This document shows positions 1 to 12,100 of a DNA stretch of 64,000 nucleotides, one piece after another (the first letter of the stretch is position 1; every line of letters begins with the position of its first letter). Position numbers and translations under genes: made by a program. Location: IMG/VR virus record IMGVR_UViG_3300044695_004869; one strand, 5' to 3'. Below the pieces are notes generated by a model. The model ran no database searches and had not been told where the DNA came from. It was given only the letters and a program-made list of their open reading frames with translations. Origin of the DNA: a virus (Duplodnaviria; Caudoviricetes).

Positions 1-3000
1 CCGTTGGTTCCATTCGTACCTGACGTACCATTAGTACCATTTGTTCCGTTAGTTCCATCTGTTCCTGAAGTTCCGTTAGTTCCATTCGTACCGTTTGTTC
101 CATTCGTACCGTTTGTTCCACTAGTCCCGTTGGTACCCGAAGTTCCATTAGTTCCGTTAGTCCCTGACGTACCATTTGTACCATTGGTTCCTGATGTTCC
201 ATCAGTACCGCTTGACCCTGAAGTACCGTTGGTACCACTTGAACCATTCGTTCCGTTTGTACCTGAAGTTCCATTCGTACCATTCGTACCCGAAGTTCCA
301 TTAGTACCGTTAGTACCGTTAGTCCCCGACGTACCATTAGTTCCGTTAGTCCCTGAAGTTCCGTTTGTACCATTCGTACCGTTTGTTCCTGAAGTACCGT
401 TTGTTCCTGATGTTCCGTTTGTTCCATTAGTACCTGACGATCCATTCGTACCATTCGTACCTGAAGTACCGTTAGTTCCGTTCGTACCTGAGGTTCCATT
501 AGTACCGGAAGTCCCATTAGTTCCGTTCGTACCATTAGTACCGCTAGTTCCTGAAGAACCACTTGTTCCATTAATTATACCTAACGTAGTTTGACCATAT
601 GAATAATGAGTTGTACCTTCGGTTACGAAAGTAATTGTATGTGATTGATTTGAGGTATTTGTAGCTCGAACTTTAACAAATATCCTATCTGTTGTATTGA
701 TTGAAAATCCTCCTTGAAATCCATCAGATAATACCATTGATGGGTTTGGTGAATTTGTTGTTACAGGTGCTGGGTCTGTTGAAAATAATAAAGTTTCAGT
801 CCCACCTGTTGTTCTTGAATAAACTTCACAGAATATATCAAAACTTGCATTATTGTTTTCTTTATACGCGTGTAAGAAGAAAGACCAAATTCCCGCAGGT
901 ATGGTTGATACATTCGGATAAGTTGAGGGTGTTAAATATGATTGAATAGTTGATGTTACACCATTCGCAATAGTAACCGTAACTGTTTGTTGCGACCCTG
1001 ATGTCGGTATTGGTGAAAATTCTTTATAAGGGGTTTGTGTTACTGATTCGTTAAAGAAATAAACAGCACCACCTGAAATACCATTAACACCGCTAGTACC
1101 GTTCGTACCATTAGTTCCCGATGTTCCATTAGTACCATTCGTACCTGAAGTTCCATTTGTTCCGTTAGTACCACTTGTACCATCTGTCCCATTAGTTCCA
1201 TTCGTACCGTTTGTTCCGTCAGTACCATTGGTTCCTGAGGATCCGTTTGTACCTGAAGTTCCATCCGTTCCGTTCGTACCATTTGTTCCATTCGTACCTG
1301 AAGTTCCATTCGTACCTGAGGTCCCGTTAGTTCCATTCGTACCGTTTGTACCATTTGTTCCTGAGGTTCCGTTTGTTCCTGAGGTTCCGTTTGTTCCATT
1401 GGTTCCTGAAGTCCCATCCGTTCCGTTCGTACCATTTGTTCCACTAGTCCCGTCAGTTCCATTTGTTCCTGAAGTTCCATCCGTTCCATCCGTTCCGTTC
1501 GTACCATTTGTTCCACTTGAACCATCTGTACCATTTGTTCCACTTGAACCATCTGTACCATTAGTACCTGAAGTTCCGTCAGTCCCATTTGTTCCACTTG
1601 AACCATCTGTACCATTAGTTCCGTTTGTACCTGATGTTCCATTAGTTCCGTTTGTACCTGATGTTCCATCGGTTCCATTTGTTCCTGAAGTTCCATTTGT
1701 ACCATTGGTTCCTGATGTTCCATCTGTACCGTTTGTTCCGTTTGTTCCATTGGTTCCTGAGGATCCGTTTGTTCCATTGGTACCTGAAGTCCCATTTACT
1801 CCGGATATTCCACTAGTTCCATCTGTCCCACTCGTTCCGTCTGTTCCGCTCGTACCATTTGTTCCGCTCGTGCCATCTGTACCGCTCGTACCATCTGTAC
1901 CGTTTGTTCCGCTTGTACCATCTGTTCCGCTCGTGCCATCTGTTCCGCTCGTGCCATCTGTTCCGCTCGTACCATCTGTTCCGTTGGTTCCTGAAGTTCC
2001 ATTAGTACCACTTGACCCATCTGTTCCATTAGTTCCTGATGTTCCGTCTGTACCATTAGTCCCTGAAGTACCATTTGTTCCACTTGACCCATCCGTACCA
2101 TTAGTTCCGCTGGTTCCGTCGCTACCACTAGTACCATCTGTTCCGTTTGTTCCTGAAGTTCCGTCAGTTCCCGACGTTCCATTAGTTCCGTCAGTACCGC
2201 TAGTACCATCTGTTCCGTTTGTTCCTGAAGTCCCATCAGTTCCGTCAGTACCACTAGTTCCATCAGTACCATCAACACCTGAAAGACCACTTGTTCCATC
2301 TGTACCACTACTTCCATCCGTACCGCTAGTTCCATCGGTACCATTAGTTCCGTTTGTACCATTCGTTCCTGACGTTCCATCCGTTCCTGACGTTCCATCC
2401 GTACCTGAAGTTCCATCCGTACCGTTTGTACCGCTAGTTCCGTCTGTTCCTGAACTTCCATCCGTTCCACTAGTTCCGTCAGTACCATTAGTTCCACTAG
2501 TTCCGTCAGTCCCACTAGTTCCGTCAGTTCCACTAGTACCGTCAGTTCCACTAGTTCCGTCAGTACCACTAGTTCCGTCAGTACCATTCGTTCCGTTTGT
2601 TCCTGAAGTTCCATCTGTACCGTTTGTGCCCGAACTACCATCCGTACCATTAGTTCCGCTAGTTCCGTCCGTACCATCTGTCCCGTTAGTCCCCGAAGTT
2701 CCGTCTGTACCGTTTGTTCCACTAGTTCCATCTGTCCCACTCGTTCCGTCTGTCCCCGAAGTTCCGTCTGTTCCATTAGTTCCGCTTGAACCATCTGTTC
2801 CATTAGTTCCGCTTGTACCATCTGTTCCATTAGTTCCGCTCGTACCATCTGTTCCGTTCGTTCCATTAGTACCATTAGTTCCCGATGTTCCATCTGTCCC
2901 TGAAGTTCCATCCGTTCCGTTTGTTCCACTTGTACCATCCGTTCCGTTAGTACCTGAAGTACCATCTGTTCCATTTGTTCCGCTTGAACCATCCGTTCCA

Positions 3001-4901
3001 TTAGTACCTGATGTTCCGTCTGTACCGTTGGTTCCTGAAGTTCCATCTGTACCATTTGTACCATTTGTACCTGAAGTCCCATCCGTTCCACTTGAACCAT
3101 TTGTTCCATCAGTTCCCGAACTACCATTTGTACCATCAGTGCCGCTAGTTCCATCTGTACCTGAAGTACCACTCGTTCCATCGGTTCCGCTAGATCCATT
3201 TGTTCCATCAGTACCTGAAGTACCATCTGTTCCGCTTGAACCATCCGTGCCGTTTGTTCCTGAAGACCCATTTGTTCCATCTGTTCCGCTTGTCCCGTCA
3301 GTCCCTGAAGACCCATTAGTACCATCTGTTCCGCTTGTCCCTGAAGTACCGTCAGTTCCTGAAGTACCGTCAGTTCCGTTAGTTCCACTTGTGCCATCAG
3401 TTCCGCTAGTTCCATTTGTACCATTAGTTCCATTTGTACCGCTAGTGCCATTGGTACCATTAGTTCCTGACGTTCCATTGGTACCATTAGTTCCTGACGT
3501 TCCATCCGTTCCATTAGTACCGTTTGTTCCCGATGTACCATTCGTTCCGTTTGTTCCGTTAGTACCATTTGTTCCTGAAGTTCCATTTGTACCATTAGTC
3601 CCTGAAGTTCCATCCGTACCATTAGTCCCTGAAGTTCCATCCGTACCATTAGTTCCGCTAGTTCCGTCCGTTCCTGAAGTACCATCAGTTCCACTAGTTC
3701 CATCTGTTCCGCTTGTTCCATCAGTTCCACTAGTACCATTTGTTCCATTTGTCCCTGAAGTCCCATCAGTACCACTTGTTCCATCAGTACCACTTGTTCC
3801 ATCTGTACCGTTAGTTCCTGAAGTTCCGTCTGTTCCTGAAGTTCCGTCTGTTCCTGAAGTTCCGTCCGTACCTGAAGTTCCATCTGTACCACTTGTTCCA
3901 TTGGTACCACTTGTTCCATCGGTACCACTAGTTCCGTTTGTACCATTAGTTCCACTTGAACCATCCGTACCATCTGTACCGCTTGTTCCATCTGTACCGC
4001 TTGTTCCATCTGTACCACTTGTTCCATCTGTACCGCTTGTTCCATCTGTACCGCTTGTTCCATCTGTTCCGCTAGTTCCATTAGTACCGCTAGTTCCATC
4101 TGTTCCGTTAGTTCCACTTGTCCCATCGGTACCGCTAGTTCCATCTGTTCCACTAGTACCATTTGTTCCTGAACTACCATCTGTACCATCTGTACCATCT
4201 GTACCGCTAGTACCATTTGTACCACTAGTTCCGTTTACTCCTGAAATTCCGCTTGTACCATCTGTTCCGCTCGTACCATCTGTTCCTGAAGTACCGTTAG
4301 TCCCTGAAGTTCCGTTAGTCCCTGAAGTTCCGTTGGTTCCGTTTGACCCATCCGTCCCATTTGTTCCAGAACTTCCATTAGTACCATTTGTACCTGAAGT
4401 TCCGTCGGTACCATTAGTTCCTGAGGATCCGTTTGTTCCATCAGTTCCCGATGTCCCATTAGTACCTGATGTTCCGTTGGTACCTGAAGAACCGTTCGTT
4501 CCGGAAGATCCATTAGTTCCCGAAGAACCGTCAGTTCCGGAAGATCCTGATGAACCACTAGTTCCATCTGATCCATTCGTCCCATTCGTTCCATTAGTAC
4601 CTGAAGTACCATCTGTTCCGTTAGATCCGGAAGTTCCATCAGAACCCGAAGTACCATCTGTCCCTGATGTTCCGTCTGTTCCTGATGTTCCATTATTACC
4701 ACTGGTTCCATTTGTACCTGATGTACCATTAGTACCTGATGTGCCAACACTTGAGATTGCCGCACCTACTTGTGCGATTGTTGCTTTATAAGAAGATCCT
4801 GCCGGATTTTGGGACGTGTCACCAGTGATAACGATATGTATTAAATCATTAAGTGATACACCTGTGGCAATTGTCCTATCCGTCAGTCGTTGAAATCCCA
4901 T
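1..4901 (-). CDS. Giant collagen-like (Gly-X-Y) Thr-rich protein, >1633 aa, runs off the left edge; probable fibre/virion surface protein
   Basis: Manual translation from ATG 4901: MGFQRLTDRTIATGVSLNDLIHIVITGDTSQNPAGSSYKATIAQVGAAISSV, then GTSGTNGTSGTDG... In frame at positions checked (4901, 1082, 569, 11). A ~170-aa non-repetitive domain at 1079-570 (ISGGAVYFFNESVTQTPYKEF...GQTTLGIIN) reads without stops. The + strand shadow ORFs have Pro at every third residue (the reverse complement of Gly GGN). TATTTAT motif upstream at 4917-4923. Confidence 0.92.
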   Translation of the reverse strand, partial: MGFQRLTDRTIATGVSLNDLIHIVITGDTSQNPAGSSYKATIAQVGAAISSVGTSGTNGTSGTNGTSGNNGTSGTDGTSGTDGTSGSDGTSGSNGTDGTSGTNGTNGTNGSDGTSGSSGSSGTDGSSGTNGSSGTNGSSGTNGTSGTNGTSGTDGTNGSSGTNGTDGTSGTNGTNGSSGTNGTDGSNGTNGTSGTNGTSGTNGTSGTDGTSGTDGTSGISGVNGTSGTNGTSGTDGTDGTDGSSGTNGTSGTDGTSGTDGTSGTNGTDGTSGTNGTSGTDGTSGTDGTSGTDGTSGTDGTSGTDGTSGTDGTDGSSGTNGTNGTSGTDGTSGTNGTSGTDGTSGTDGTSGTDGTSGTDGTSGTNGTDGTSGTDGTSGTDGTSGTNGTNGTSGTDGTSGTDGTSGTDGTSGTDGTSGTNGTDGTSGTNGTDGTSGTNGTNGTSGTNGTNGTNGTNGTSGTNGTNGTDGTSGTNGTNGTSGTNGTNGTSGTNGTNGTNGTSGTDGTSGTNGTDGTSGTDGTSGTSGTDGTNGSSGTDGTSGTDGTNGSSGTNGTDGSSGTDGTSGTDGTNGSSGTDGTSGTSGTDGTSGTDGTNGSSGTDGTNGSSGTDGTSGTNGTNGTDGTSGTNGTDGTSGTNGTDGSSGTNGTDGTSGTNGTDGTSGTNGTDGTSGTDGTSGTNGTNGTNGTDGTSGTNGTDGTSGTNGTDGSSGTNGTDGTSGTDGTSGTDGTSGTNGTDGTSGTNGTDGTDGTSGTNGTDGSSGTNGTDGTSGTNGTNGTDGTSGTDGTSGTDGTSGTDGTSGTDGTSGTNGTDGTSGTDGSSGTDGTSGTNGTDGTSGTDGTSGTDGTSGTNGTNGTNGTDGTSGTDGSSGTDGTSGLSGVDGTDGTSGTDGTDGTSGTNGTDGTSGTDGTNGTSGTDGTSGTNGTDGTSGSDGTSGTNGTDGSSGTNGTSGTNGTDGTSGTNGTDGSSGTNGTSGTNGTDGTSGTDGTSGTDGTSGTDGTSGTNGTDGTSGTDGTSGTNGTSGTDGTSGTDGTSGISGVNGTSGTNGTNGSSGTNGTNGTNGTDGTSGTNGTNGTSGTNGTDGTSGTNGTNGTSGTNGTNGTDGSSGTNGTDGTSGTNGTDGSSGTNGTDGSSGTNGTNGTDGTDGTSGTNGTDGTSGTNGTNGTDGTSGTNGTNGTSGTNGTSGTNGTNGTNGTNGTSGTNGTSGTNGTNGTNGTDGTSGTNGSSGTNGTDGTNGTNGTNGTDGTSGTNGTNGTSGTNGTNGTSGTNGTNGTSGVNGISGGAVYFFNESVTQTPYKEFSPIPTSGSQQTVTVTIANGVTSTIQSYLTPSTYPNVSTIPAGIWSFFLHAYKENNNASFDIFCEVYSRTTGGTETLLFSTDPAPVTTNSPNPSMVLSDGFQGGFSINTTDRIFVKVRATNTSNQSHTITFVTEGTTHYSYGQTTLGIINGTSGSSGTSGTNGTNGTNGTSGTNGTSGTNGTNGTSGTNGTNGSSGTNGTNGTSGTNGTSGTNGTNGTNGTSGTNGTNGTSGTNGTNGTNGTSGTNGTNGTSGTNGTNGSSGTNGTSGSSGTDGTSGTNGTNGTSGTNGTNGTSGTNGTSGTNGTNGTNGTNGTNGTSGTDGTNGTNGTNGTSGTNGTN
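3970..4059. repeat. Near-perfect 18-bp tandem repeat (ccatctgtaccgcttgtt x ~5) inside the collagen gene
   Basis: Copies at 3970, 3988, 4006 (one variant), 4024 and 4042. Similar 18-bp runs near 1860-1980 and 2500-2580. Confidence 0.8.
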
Positions 4902-4935
4902 TATATATTTTTATTAATAAATATCGTAAAAATGA

Positions 4936-5244
4936 TTATTGGTCTTGGAAAATGAAAATCTCCGCATCCATATACAAGAATATTTCACCATCCTCAAATA
5001 TTTTACCCTTAGTAATACCTTGACAATAGATTATACCGAATAATTCACAACCAACAGAGTCAATCATTTTTAATCCAACCGCAGGGGCACCATTAAATTG
5101 TGGTGGTAATGTAATGATTAATGGAAATGTTGCTGTAGAAGGTATGGTGGCAATTAAAACACATTGATTACCATAAACGTCACAAGCGTAAAGAGTATAC
5201 GGATATGCTGATCCCGTTATGGAATTTATTTGGATTTGTGTCAT
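4936..5244 (-). CDS. Hypothetical protein, 102 aa (likely virion-associated)
   Basis: Clean ORF co-oriented with fibre genes; TATTTATA motif at 5249-5256 just upstream. Confidence 0.8.
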   Translation of the reverse strand: MTQIQINSITGSAYPYTLYACDVYGNQCVLIATIPSTATFPLIITLPPQFNGAPAVGLKMIDSVGCELFGIIYCQGITKGKIFEDGEIFLYMDAEIFIFQDQ

Positions 5245-5276
5245 ATCCTATAAATAGTTGAAATATAGAATTACAA

Positions 5277-8200
5277 TTAAATATATTTTCTATAATCGGC
5301 ATTATAGTTTTGTAATACCTCTGATGAGGTAAGTGCCGTATTATATAAACGAGTAATACCAATTTTTCCATCAAACCATTGAGAATACTCACCACCATTG
5401 TAACTACCAATGTAAAGTGGGTTATCCGTGTTTAGTATACTTGCCAAACTATGGCTCACACTTCCTATACTTACACCATTTACAAATGTTTCAAGTGTAT
5501 TAGACGAAACATTAGTAAACACATAAACTATCTGATACCAAGTACCAATCGTTCCAACGTAGTTTGTACTATTAACAAATAACGTTGACCCAGCACCACT
5601 ACCTGAACCTAATTGAGCGTAGTATGTGGTATTAGTTGTTCTGATACTATAACTTACATCTATAGTTAACCCTCCATTATCAAATTTTCCAAGTACAACA
5701 TCATTACCTAAAACCGATTGATTAACCCACACTTCCATAGTCCAATCTCCACTTCCTGGTTCTAATAATGTATTATCATCAACTCTAACTTGTGATGAAG
5801 TTCCATTATATGAAAAATATGGTGATGTATATGTAATACCCGACATTGAACCATTTAATCCATTTCCTGATAAATCATTTATTGTTGTACCAGTACCAGG
5901 GTAACTTGATAAATTACTTGGGTCATAATATAAAACAATATTTCTTAAAACAGGTTCGTTTGTTGGAGTACCGGTTGGTGTCGGTGTAGTCGTGTTAGTG
6001 GGAGTATTAGTATTAGTAATAGTTGGTGTTACTGTTGGGGTTGATGTTATGGTATTTGTTGGTGTGGGAGTAGGTGTTACTTCAATAAATCTTGGGGCCA
6101 AGAAGTTATATTGTTGAGTTATTTCAGAAAGTGATAATTGTCTATTATAGAAAAACATATTGGCAACATATCCAAATGGTTGACTTGGTCCCTGATTATT
6201 ACCCCAAGTCCAATGTGTGGTACCACCCGCACCAAAAGAAATAGGATCACCGACTTCTATATTATTAATGTAGAATGTTTGTGATGAACTATCCCCGACC
6301 ACTGAGTACTGAACCCAAAGATCAGTTTGACCAGATAAATCATATCCAGAACTTCTAAATTCAGTATCCCAATAACCCAACGTATTTGTTCCATTAGGAA
6401 TTGTAATTGGCGTGTATATAGGTGTGTTTGTGGTAAGTAGTGTTCTAAATGATGCGATATTGTCTGAATCTAATCTAGACCAAGTAATATATGTATATCC
6501 CGATGTTGGTAAGGTAGGGCCTGTTCCATTTACAACAACCTTATTAGTTCCTGTCGTACAATCAAAACATTTTATTCCATTAAGAATTGTGTAGGTTGCA
6601 CCTGTTAATGTGTGGTCATACGTTCCTGGTGTTTGTAAGTTAACAACGTTCGTTCCTGAACCCGAATAACTTAACTCATCATACGCGTCTAATCGTATAA
6701 TTAATCCGGATGTGACCAAGTTTGGTGTTGATGTTAATGTTGGGGTATTAGTTGGTGTTGTTGTTAAAGTTGGTGTATTAGTTACTGTTGGTGTAGGTGT
6801 GTTAGTTGGAGTGTTAGTTGGAGTTTCAGTTATTGTGGGGGTGGGTGTATTAGTTGGAGTATTTGTTGATGTTATAGTTGGCGTATTTGTTGGAGTATTT
6901 GTTGATGTTATAGTTGGCGTATTTGTTGGAGTAATTGTGCTTGTGTTTGTTGGTGTATTAGTTGGAGTTGTTGTTGGAGTATTGGTGGAAGTTATTGTTG
7001 GGGTTGGTGTAATAGTTGAAGTTACTGTTGGGGTGTTGGTTGGTGTTGGTGTTACAATTGGAGGATTAAAAACATAAGAAGTGTCAATTGAGAATGACAT
7101 TTCACCATCGTAAATAATACTAAAATCGTCAAATACTGATTCACCATTCAGTAGAGAATAATCAGTATCGGTTATTTGAATAATAGACCCATTAGTTTCT
7201 CCTGCCAATATGGATATTGACGTATCAATTTGAATTGGGTCTCCCGATGTTAAATATATATAATTTCTTAAAATTAAAATAATATCTTTTTCAAGAGGTT
7301 GATCCATGTATAATTCATAGAGAGAGGATACCGAACCAGATGAATATGTTGCAAATAAAACAAAAGACACAGAATTAACAGGGAATGAATCTGTACATAT
7401 TGATAATAAAGAACCGCTACTAACACCACTACCTGTTATTGTAAGTGATGTAAAGTTGACAGAATTTTGTATTAAGAATTTACCCCCACCTCCGGTAATA
7501 GGAGCTCCCGCACCGGAAAGAATTTGATTTCCTGATATTGTCGTAAAACAACTTGATGGTGATGAAATTGTTGGTATTCCCGTACCTGTATTAGTAGTGA
7601 AAACAAAATTTTCATTGTTAAGTTGTCCTGTTGCCGTTAAAAATATTGTAATATTATTTACAGGAGAACTAAAATTCATTGTATAACTAAATGGACCATT
7701 TTGACCTAACCATCTTGAATTTGCGGGAGTTGTAACATTACCACAACTAGTAAATGGATTTGCGTGTAATCCAACTGAACCGGTAAACGAATCGGTTATT
7801 GTTATTCCATTTATTGTTGTTGGAGGTACAACACTTGAATTACATGACAATACAGGTATTGATGGTTGAATTGAATCTGTACATATATCCATATAAGTAC
7901 CACCAAGTCCTCCGGGACCCACAACGGTTAATGTTGTGAAAGAGGTTGAATTAGATATTTTAAAAATACCATTTCCGGCGGTACCTAAAGGGGTAAAAGG
8001 AGAGCAAGTTGGTGAAGTATATGCTGCCGTTATTGTATTACCGCTAATAATTGCGCAACAATAGTTACAAGATGATATTGAGGGAATCCCACTACCGGTA
8101 TTTGTTGTAAATGTAAATGATTCTACAATTGTTGTACCAGAATCGTATCCATATAATCTTATTACAATATCATTTACAGGTACACTGAACGATAATGTAT

Positions 8201-9074
8201 ATGTAAATGGACCGACAGGACCGGGGGTGCAATTTCCTAACCAAATAGTGTTAATACTTGAAATAGGGGGAGGGAGTGGACACCCCATCCCAAGACCAGA
8301 ATTTGGGTACGATCTAACACAACCGGTACTTGAGGCGTAAATTGTTACACCATTATATGTTACGGAATTACCCGATTGTGGTAACAATCCGGCGGTTGTA
8401 CAAGACGGACAAATAGGTGTTGATGTTGGTGTTGGCGATGGCGGTGTATTTGTTGGTGTTAAAGTCGCGGTTTTAGTTGGAGTGTTTGTATTTGTTGGTG
8501 TATTTGTTGGAGTTGCAAAAGGGAATGATAAGGTCGGTGTAGGTGTTTGAGTGGATGTTGGTGTTGGATAACATAATCCAGATGTTGGTGTAGGACTTAT
8601 TTTCGGTGTTTTGGTTGGAGTTGGAGTTTTACTTGGTTGAGGACATCCACATGGGTTTGTACAAGTTTCACTTGGTGTCGGAGTATTAGTTGGAGTTATT
8701 GTTGGTGTTGATGTAGTTGTTGGAGTTGGGGTTGGTATTTTACATGGATCAACGGTTAAAGTAGGTGTCACAGTTGGAGTAACTGATGGTGTTTGTGTTC
8801 TTGTAATTGTAGGAGTCGGTGTTGGTGTAGGTGTAGGTCTAACAACTTGCATTATATTCGGACAATCCGTATTACAACTTCCATCAGTACCTAAAACTAA
8901 AATTGTGTACGTACCATATATTTCTCTTGGTGGATTTAATAATGATGAATCAAACAAATATGGTAAAAGATGATTACCCAAATTAATAACAACATTGTCA
9001 TTATCAGGTTTGAATAAAATGGTTGCAATTTGACCATTGAATGTAATACTACTTATTAATATGGTTTGACTCAT
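5277..9074 (-). CDS. Pro/Thr-linker multidomain protein with two C-terminal LamG/ConA-like domains and a tandemly duplicated beta domain; probable virion surface protein
   Basis: 1265 aa; several PTPTPT/TNTPT tracts; LamG-like motifs (WTMEVWVN...WYQIVYVF...YVNG...LYIGSY...[24 protein letters not shown]); upstream TATTTATA at 9086-9093. Confidence 0.82.
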   Translation of the reverse strand: MSQTILISSITFNGQIATILFKPDNDNVVINLGNHLLPYLFDSSLLNPPREIYGTYTILVLGTDGSCNTDCPNIMQVVRPTPTPTPTPTITRTQTPSVTPTVTPTLTVDPCKIPTPTPTTTSTPTITPTNTPTPSETCTNPCGCPQPSKTPTPTKTPKISPTPTSGLCYPTPTSTQTPTPTLSFPFATPTNTPTNTNTPTKTATLTPTNTPPSPTPTSTPICPSCTTAGLLPQSGNSVTYNGVTIYASSTGCVRSYPNSGLGMGCPLPPPISSINTIWLGNCTPGPVGPFTYTLSFSVPVNDIVIRLYGYDSGTTIVESFTFTTNTGSGIPSISSCNYCCAIISGNTITAAYTSPTCSPFTPLGTAGNGIFKISNSTSFTTLTVVGPGGLGGTYMDICTDSIQPSIPVLSCNSSVVPPTTINGITITDSFTGSVGLHANPFTSCGNVTTPANSRWLGQNGPFSYTMNFSSPVNNITIFLTATGQLNNENFVFTTNTGTGIPTISSPSSCFTTISGNQILSGAGAPITGGGGKFLIQNSVNFTSLTITGSGVSSGSLLSICTDSFPVNSVSFVLFATYSSGSVSSLYELYMDQPLEKDIILILRNYIYLTSGDPIQIDTSISILAGETNGSIIQITDTDYSLLNGESVFDDFSIIYDGEMSFSIDTSYVFNPPIVTPTPTNTPTVTSTITPTPTITSTNTPTTTPTNTPTNTSTITPTNTPTITSTNTPTNTPTITSTNTPTNTPTPTITETPTNTPTNTPTPTVTNTPTLTTTPTNTPTLTSTPNLVTSGLIIRLDAYDELSYSGSGTNVVNLQTPGTYDHTLTGATYTILNGIKCFDCTTGTNKVVVNGTGPTLPTSGYTYITWSRLDSDNIASFRTLLTTNTPIYTPITIPNGTNTLGYWDTEFRSSGYDLSGQTDLWVQYSVVGDSSSQTFYINNIEVGDPISFGAGGTTHWTWGNNQGPSQPFGYVANMFFYNRQLSLSEITQQYNFLAPRFIEVTPTPTPTNTITSTPTVTPTITNTNTPTNTTTPTPTGTPTNEPVLRNIVLYYDPSNLSSYPGTGTTINDLSGNGLNGSMSGITYTSPYFSYNGTSSQVRVDDNTLLEPGSGDWTMEVWVNQSVLGNDVVLGKFDNGGLTIDVSYSIRTTNTTYYAQLGSGSGAGSTLFVNSTNYVGTIGTWYQIVYVFTNVSSNTLETFVNGVSIGSVSHSLASILNTDNPLYIGSYNGGEYSQWFDGKIGITRLYNTALTSSEVLQNYNADYRKYI

Positions 9075-9108
9075 CTTCGTTTACATATAAATACATTCCT
9101 GAATTATT

Positions 9109-12100
9109 TTATATGAAATAATTCGGATCAACAATATTTCCATTAGGGAAAGATGCGTTAACCTCATATATTAAAGTACCACTTGGCCATGAGTCCCATA
9201 AGTTAAAATATGTTGGGTTATTAGGGTCGGTAGGTTGTATCCAATATGACCCAAAACTTTTAGTGAAATATTGTACCTCTTTTAACCCATTTGGATTTAT
9301 AAAATTCACAAAATCCATCCAACCAAAATCACAAGTAGTTGCCGATAAACTTGGTATAACCGTAAGAGGGTTTCCTGAATATGGTATTGTTTGTGTTGAA
9401 TAATATGGTATGCTTAAACCCGCCCCACCAAAATAACCCAAAGGTTGTGATGGGGTATAACTATTAATTTTTACGTAATTAGCAAATGGATTGTCAAACC
9501 TTAACCCATTGTTTGTGGTGGTATTTATATTTGGTGAAGAAACAGAATTGTTTATTATTTGGGTGTAAGAATCAGTAATTGCATAACAATTATTACAATT
9601 GTTTAATGGATATTGATTTGTTATATTTGCCAAATTAATTGTCATTGTGTATGCTCCCGGACCACCTCCTGTGGTTACAACTGAGGTTGGGTGTATATTA
9701 TAATTGGTAACAGTATATTGATTATCACCACAAGTACTTATTGATGATAAAGGAATAATATGTCGGAATACAATGTATGTATAATATTGAATTGTTGTTG
9801 GTAAAGGTGGGGTAGGTGACCAACCTGTTGAATTATACGTTGATATATAACTGTTATAATAAACGTCACGATCACTTATAGATGAACAAGTTATTGTTAT
9901 TATTGATCCTACTTTTGTGACATTAATGGTATTACCTGTTGCCTGACAATTTGATGGTGGACCATAACCAACACCACTACAGTTCGGGTTAAATGAGGTA
10001 AAATTATTACCATTAAAACCTCCAAGAGCGTAGTAAGTTGAGTATGGATAATATGCGGTACCGTCTGAACTATTAAATGTTGGTAAGTATTGATTTGTTA
10101 CGGAATGCATGAATTTGAAAATGTCTTCGTTATCGTATGAAGGACAACCAATAACCGTACCTTTTACATTTAAAATATTACAAATTGGATCCGCAGAAAA
10201 AGTAAGTGTTGATGCCGATATTTTGAAAGGTGTATTAGTTGATAAACAAGTATCACAGTCAAAACTTTCTAAACAAGTAAAATATAAATCCCAACTAGTT
10301 TGTGTTATACCTGAATTTGGTATTACTTCTAATATTAAATAATCACCATTATTAATAACGAAATTACTCAAATTGATTGGTTTTGCATAATAGGATGGGG
10401 CTTGACCCGTTTCTAAACGTTTAGGTATTGTATTAACAGATAAGTCACTGTCTCCCGGAACAGATTGACCGGTTGTTAAATATTCAACAACAATAGGACT
10501 ATTATAGTTAGTTCCGTCTTGGTTTACAAATGTTATTTTTAATGTGTCAGGAATTGACTCACCTTTGAATGCATATGCAAAATAAGGTTGTGTAGGATCC
10601 AAAGCAAATGTTGTGGATAAAGTACCAGCGGGAACTAAAGAACCTGGAGAGGTAATATATGATTTTCTACACTTATAATGACCAACTTCTGTACAATTTT
10701 CACAACTAAAAGATTGTACTGTTATATCAAGATTAGTAAAACAATCCAAATTGGCCTCTGTTGTACCACTTGCCCCTGTTGAAGTATATGTTATACCATT
10801 AATTATAATTGCTTGAAGAACTGGGGTATATTGTCCGGCCGGTAAAGGTGGCGATCCTGCACCTGTTAATGGGTGTGTAACAGTGTATGGTGTGAAACCA
10901 GCAATCAAAGGTCCAAATCCACTTACAAGTTGGATATTACCTAAAGAATCGTACCAATAAATAACATATGATGTAATAGAACCACAACCACCTGTTATAC
11001 TACCCACAACTAATTGACCAACCGTATTTGAACTATATGTGTCAAACCCTAACCCACATGGTGGTCCACATAAATTATTTGTGTTGTTTGGTGATAGTGT
11101 AATTGTTGGAGTTGGAGTATTAGTTGGTGTTTTTGTTGGGGTTGGGCTAACAATTTGAGTATTTGTTGGGGTTGGTGTTGGTGTTATAATAATATCTGAA
11201 ATAAAATTATCCACAGGACAAATGTAAGTATTACAATCAGGGCAGTCAGGGTCGAACATATTGAATCTGTCTTTTAATATTTTGAAATTGTGTTTTACTT
11301 CAGACGCATCTAATGGATCAATATACATTCTGAATTGTGAAATGCCACCTTCAAAAGTACCACCAAAATTTTGTTCTAATAATATATTAGTTCTCATTCC
11401 TGCCAATGTTGTCCCACTAAGAACATTCGGTGGGAATAATTCGGGGTCTTGAATATAATCAGTGTAAGGTAAAGTACAAGATGAGAAAACTAAATTTTCT
11501 CGTAACCCTTGAGTTCCCCCACCCCAAGATATATTAAAAGGTACACCAATTTGTCTTTCTTTATCAGTATCTAATGGTCTTGGTATAATTTCCTCAAAGT
11601 TTTCAATCGTAAAGAAAGGTTTTCCATTTACGTAGATTTTTAATCTACCCATTCTAAACTCTAAATCATTTAACCATTTTTGGTTAAGCTTTACTAATTC
11701 TATTTGTTCAGGATCAATACTACAATTTTCGTGAGTGTACGGAGGTTTTATTAATTTTGTGGTATCATTTACTAATGAATCCAAATATTTTATTTCTGTT
11801 ATATCTCCTAACCCTCCTCTCCATTGTAGATCACAAGTATCTAACCAAGTATAACGTCTCCAAACGACATCAACCATCAACCATTTTTCAACATCAAAAA
11901 ATTCATTACATTTTGTTAAACAATAATCATATATCCCATTTGGAGAGCAATATGTGTCGATTGTGTATCCTGTCATATGTGTTATACCTGTTGTAGCACA
12001 ACTTCCTGTTGTAACACAGTCACCGGTAAATCTTAATGCTTTTACACATATTCTTGGGTTTCTTGGATCCCCTGAAAATTTAACAGAAAATGCGTTAGAC

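Noticed and set aside
1-4745. Possible CRISPR array or satellite repeat
   Set aside because: Periodicity is 9/18 bp with synonymous third-position variation and no unique spacers, so it is a coding repeat.
4-4791. + strand VPxVPx ORFs (4-594, 1228-4791) and minus-strand MEQMV ORFs (1040-1795, 1796-4225, 4235-4765)
   Set aside because: Shadow frames of the 9-bp-periodic collagen gene. They lack globular domains and promoter context; the real frame starts at 4901.
6854-6932. 36-bp tandem duplication
   Set aside because: An in-frame expansion of a TNTPTITS linker, with no regulatory role evident.
6712-7077. + strand Val/Gly-rich ORFs (also 49441-49752)
   Set aside because: Antisense shadows of Thr/Pro tracts.
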